Below the pieces are notes generated by a model. The model saw nothing but the letters and a program-made list of their open reading frames with translations, was not told the origin of the DNA and did not search any database. A stretch of DNA of 64,000 nt from Octopus bimaculoides (Eukaryota): assembly GCF_001194135.2 (NCBI RefSeq), contig NC_068986.1:22282536-22346535 (forward strand), in the 5' to 3' direction. Positions 63,964-64,000 of the stretch are shown here, piece after piece. Every line of letters starts with the position of its first letter. Position 1 is the first letter of the stretch. Both the position numbers and the translations under genes were made by a program.

Positions 63964-64000
<37 letters not shown>

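Overview
AT-rich, repeat-saturated animal genomic DNA from a draft assembly with six N gaps (15413-16028, 19117-19126, 26272-26763, 28727-29480, 35918-36422 are the main ones; all large gaps abut microsatellites or a transposon end). The SINE, RTE-tail and microsatellite landscape looks like Octopus or a related coleoid. That is inferred from recalled repeat families and was not checked against a database. I recognise no intact host protein-coding gene, rRNA, functional tRNA or CRISPR array. Almost all ORF-track entries are microsatellite or repeat artefacts. Supported content: (i) many copies of at least five short interspersed repeat families, labelled A-E here; (ii) decayed Tc1/mariner transposases (mariner-type and rosa-like) plus mariner, pogo/Tigger, hAT and piggyBac-type MITEs with visible TIRs and TSDs; (iii) 3' remnants of RTE, CR1/Jockey-like and possibly Tx1 LINEs; (iv) two 5'-truncated R4/Dong-like RLE retrotransposons ending in (TAA)n; (v) a 5'-truncated Penelope-like element (RT C-terminus plus GIY-YIG) followed by half of a hammerhead-like motif; (vi) a 542-bp foldback element made of two inverted transposase 3' ends. 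A few minus-strand exon-like segments hint that the window may be mostly intron, but this is weak. I did not find a convincing novel multi-gene system. The most unusual items are the foldback element, the Penelope-like element with its ribozyme remnant, the TAA-associated retrotransposons and an inverted CA-repeat/CR1-tail pair. Repeat boundaries without TIR/TSD evidence are approximate.
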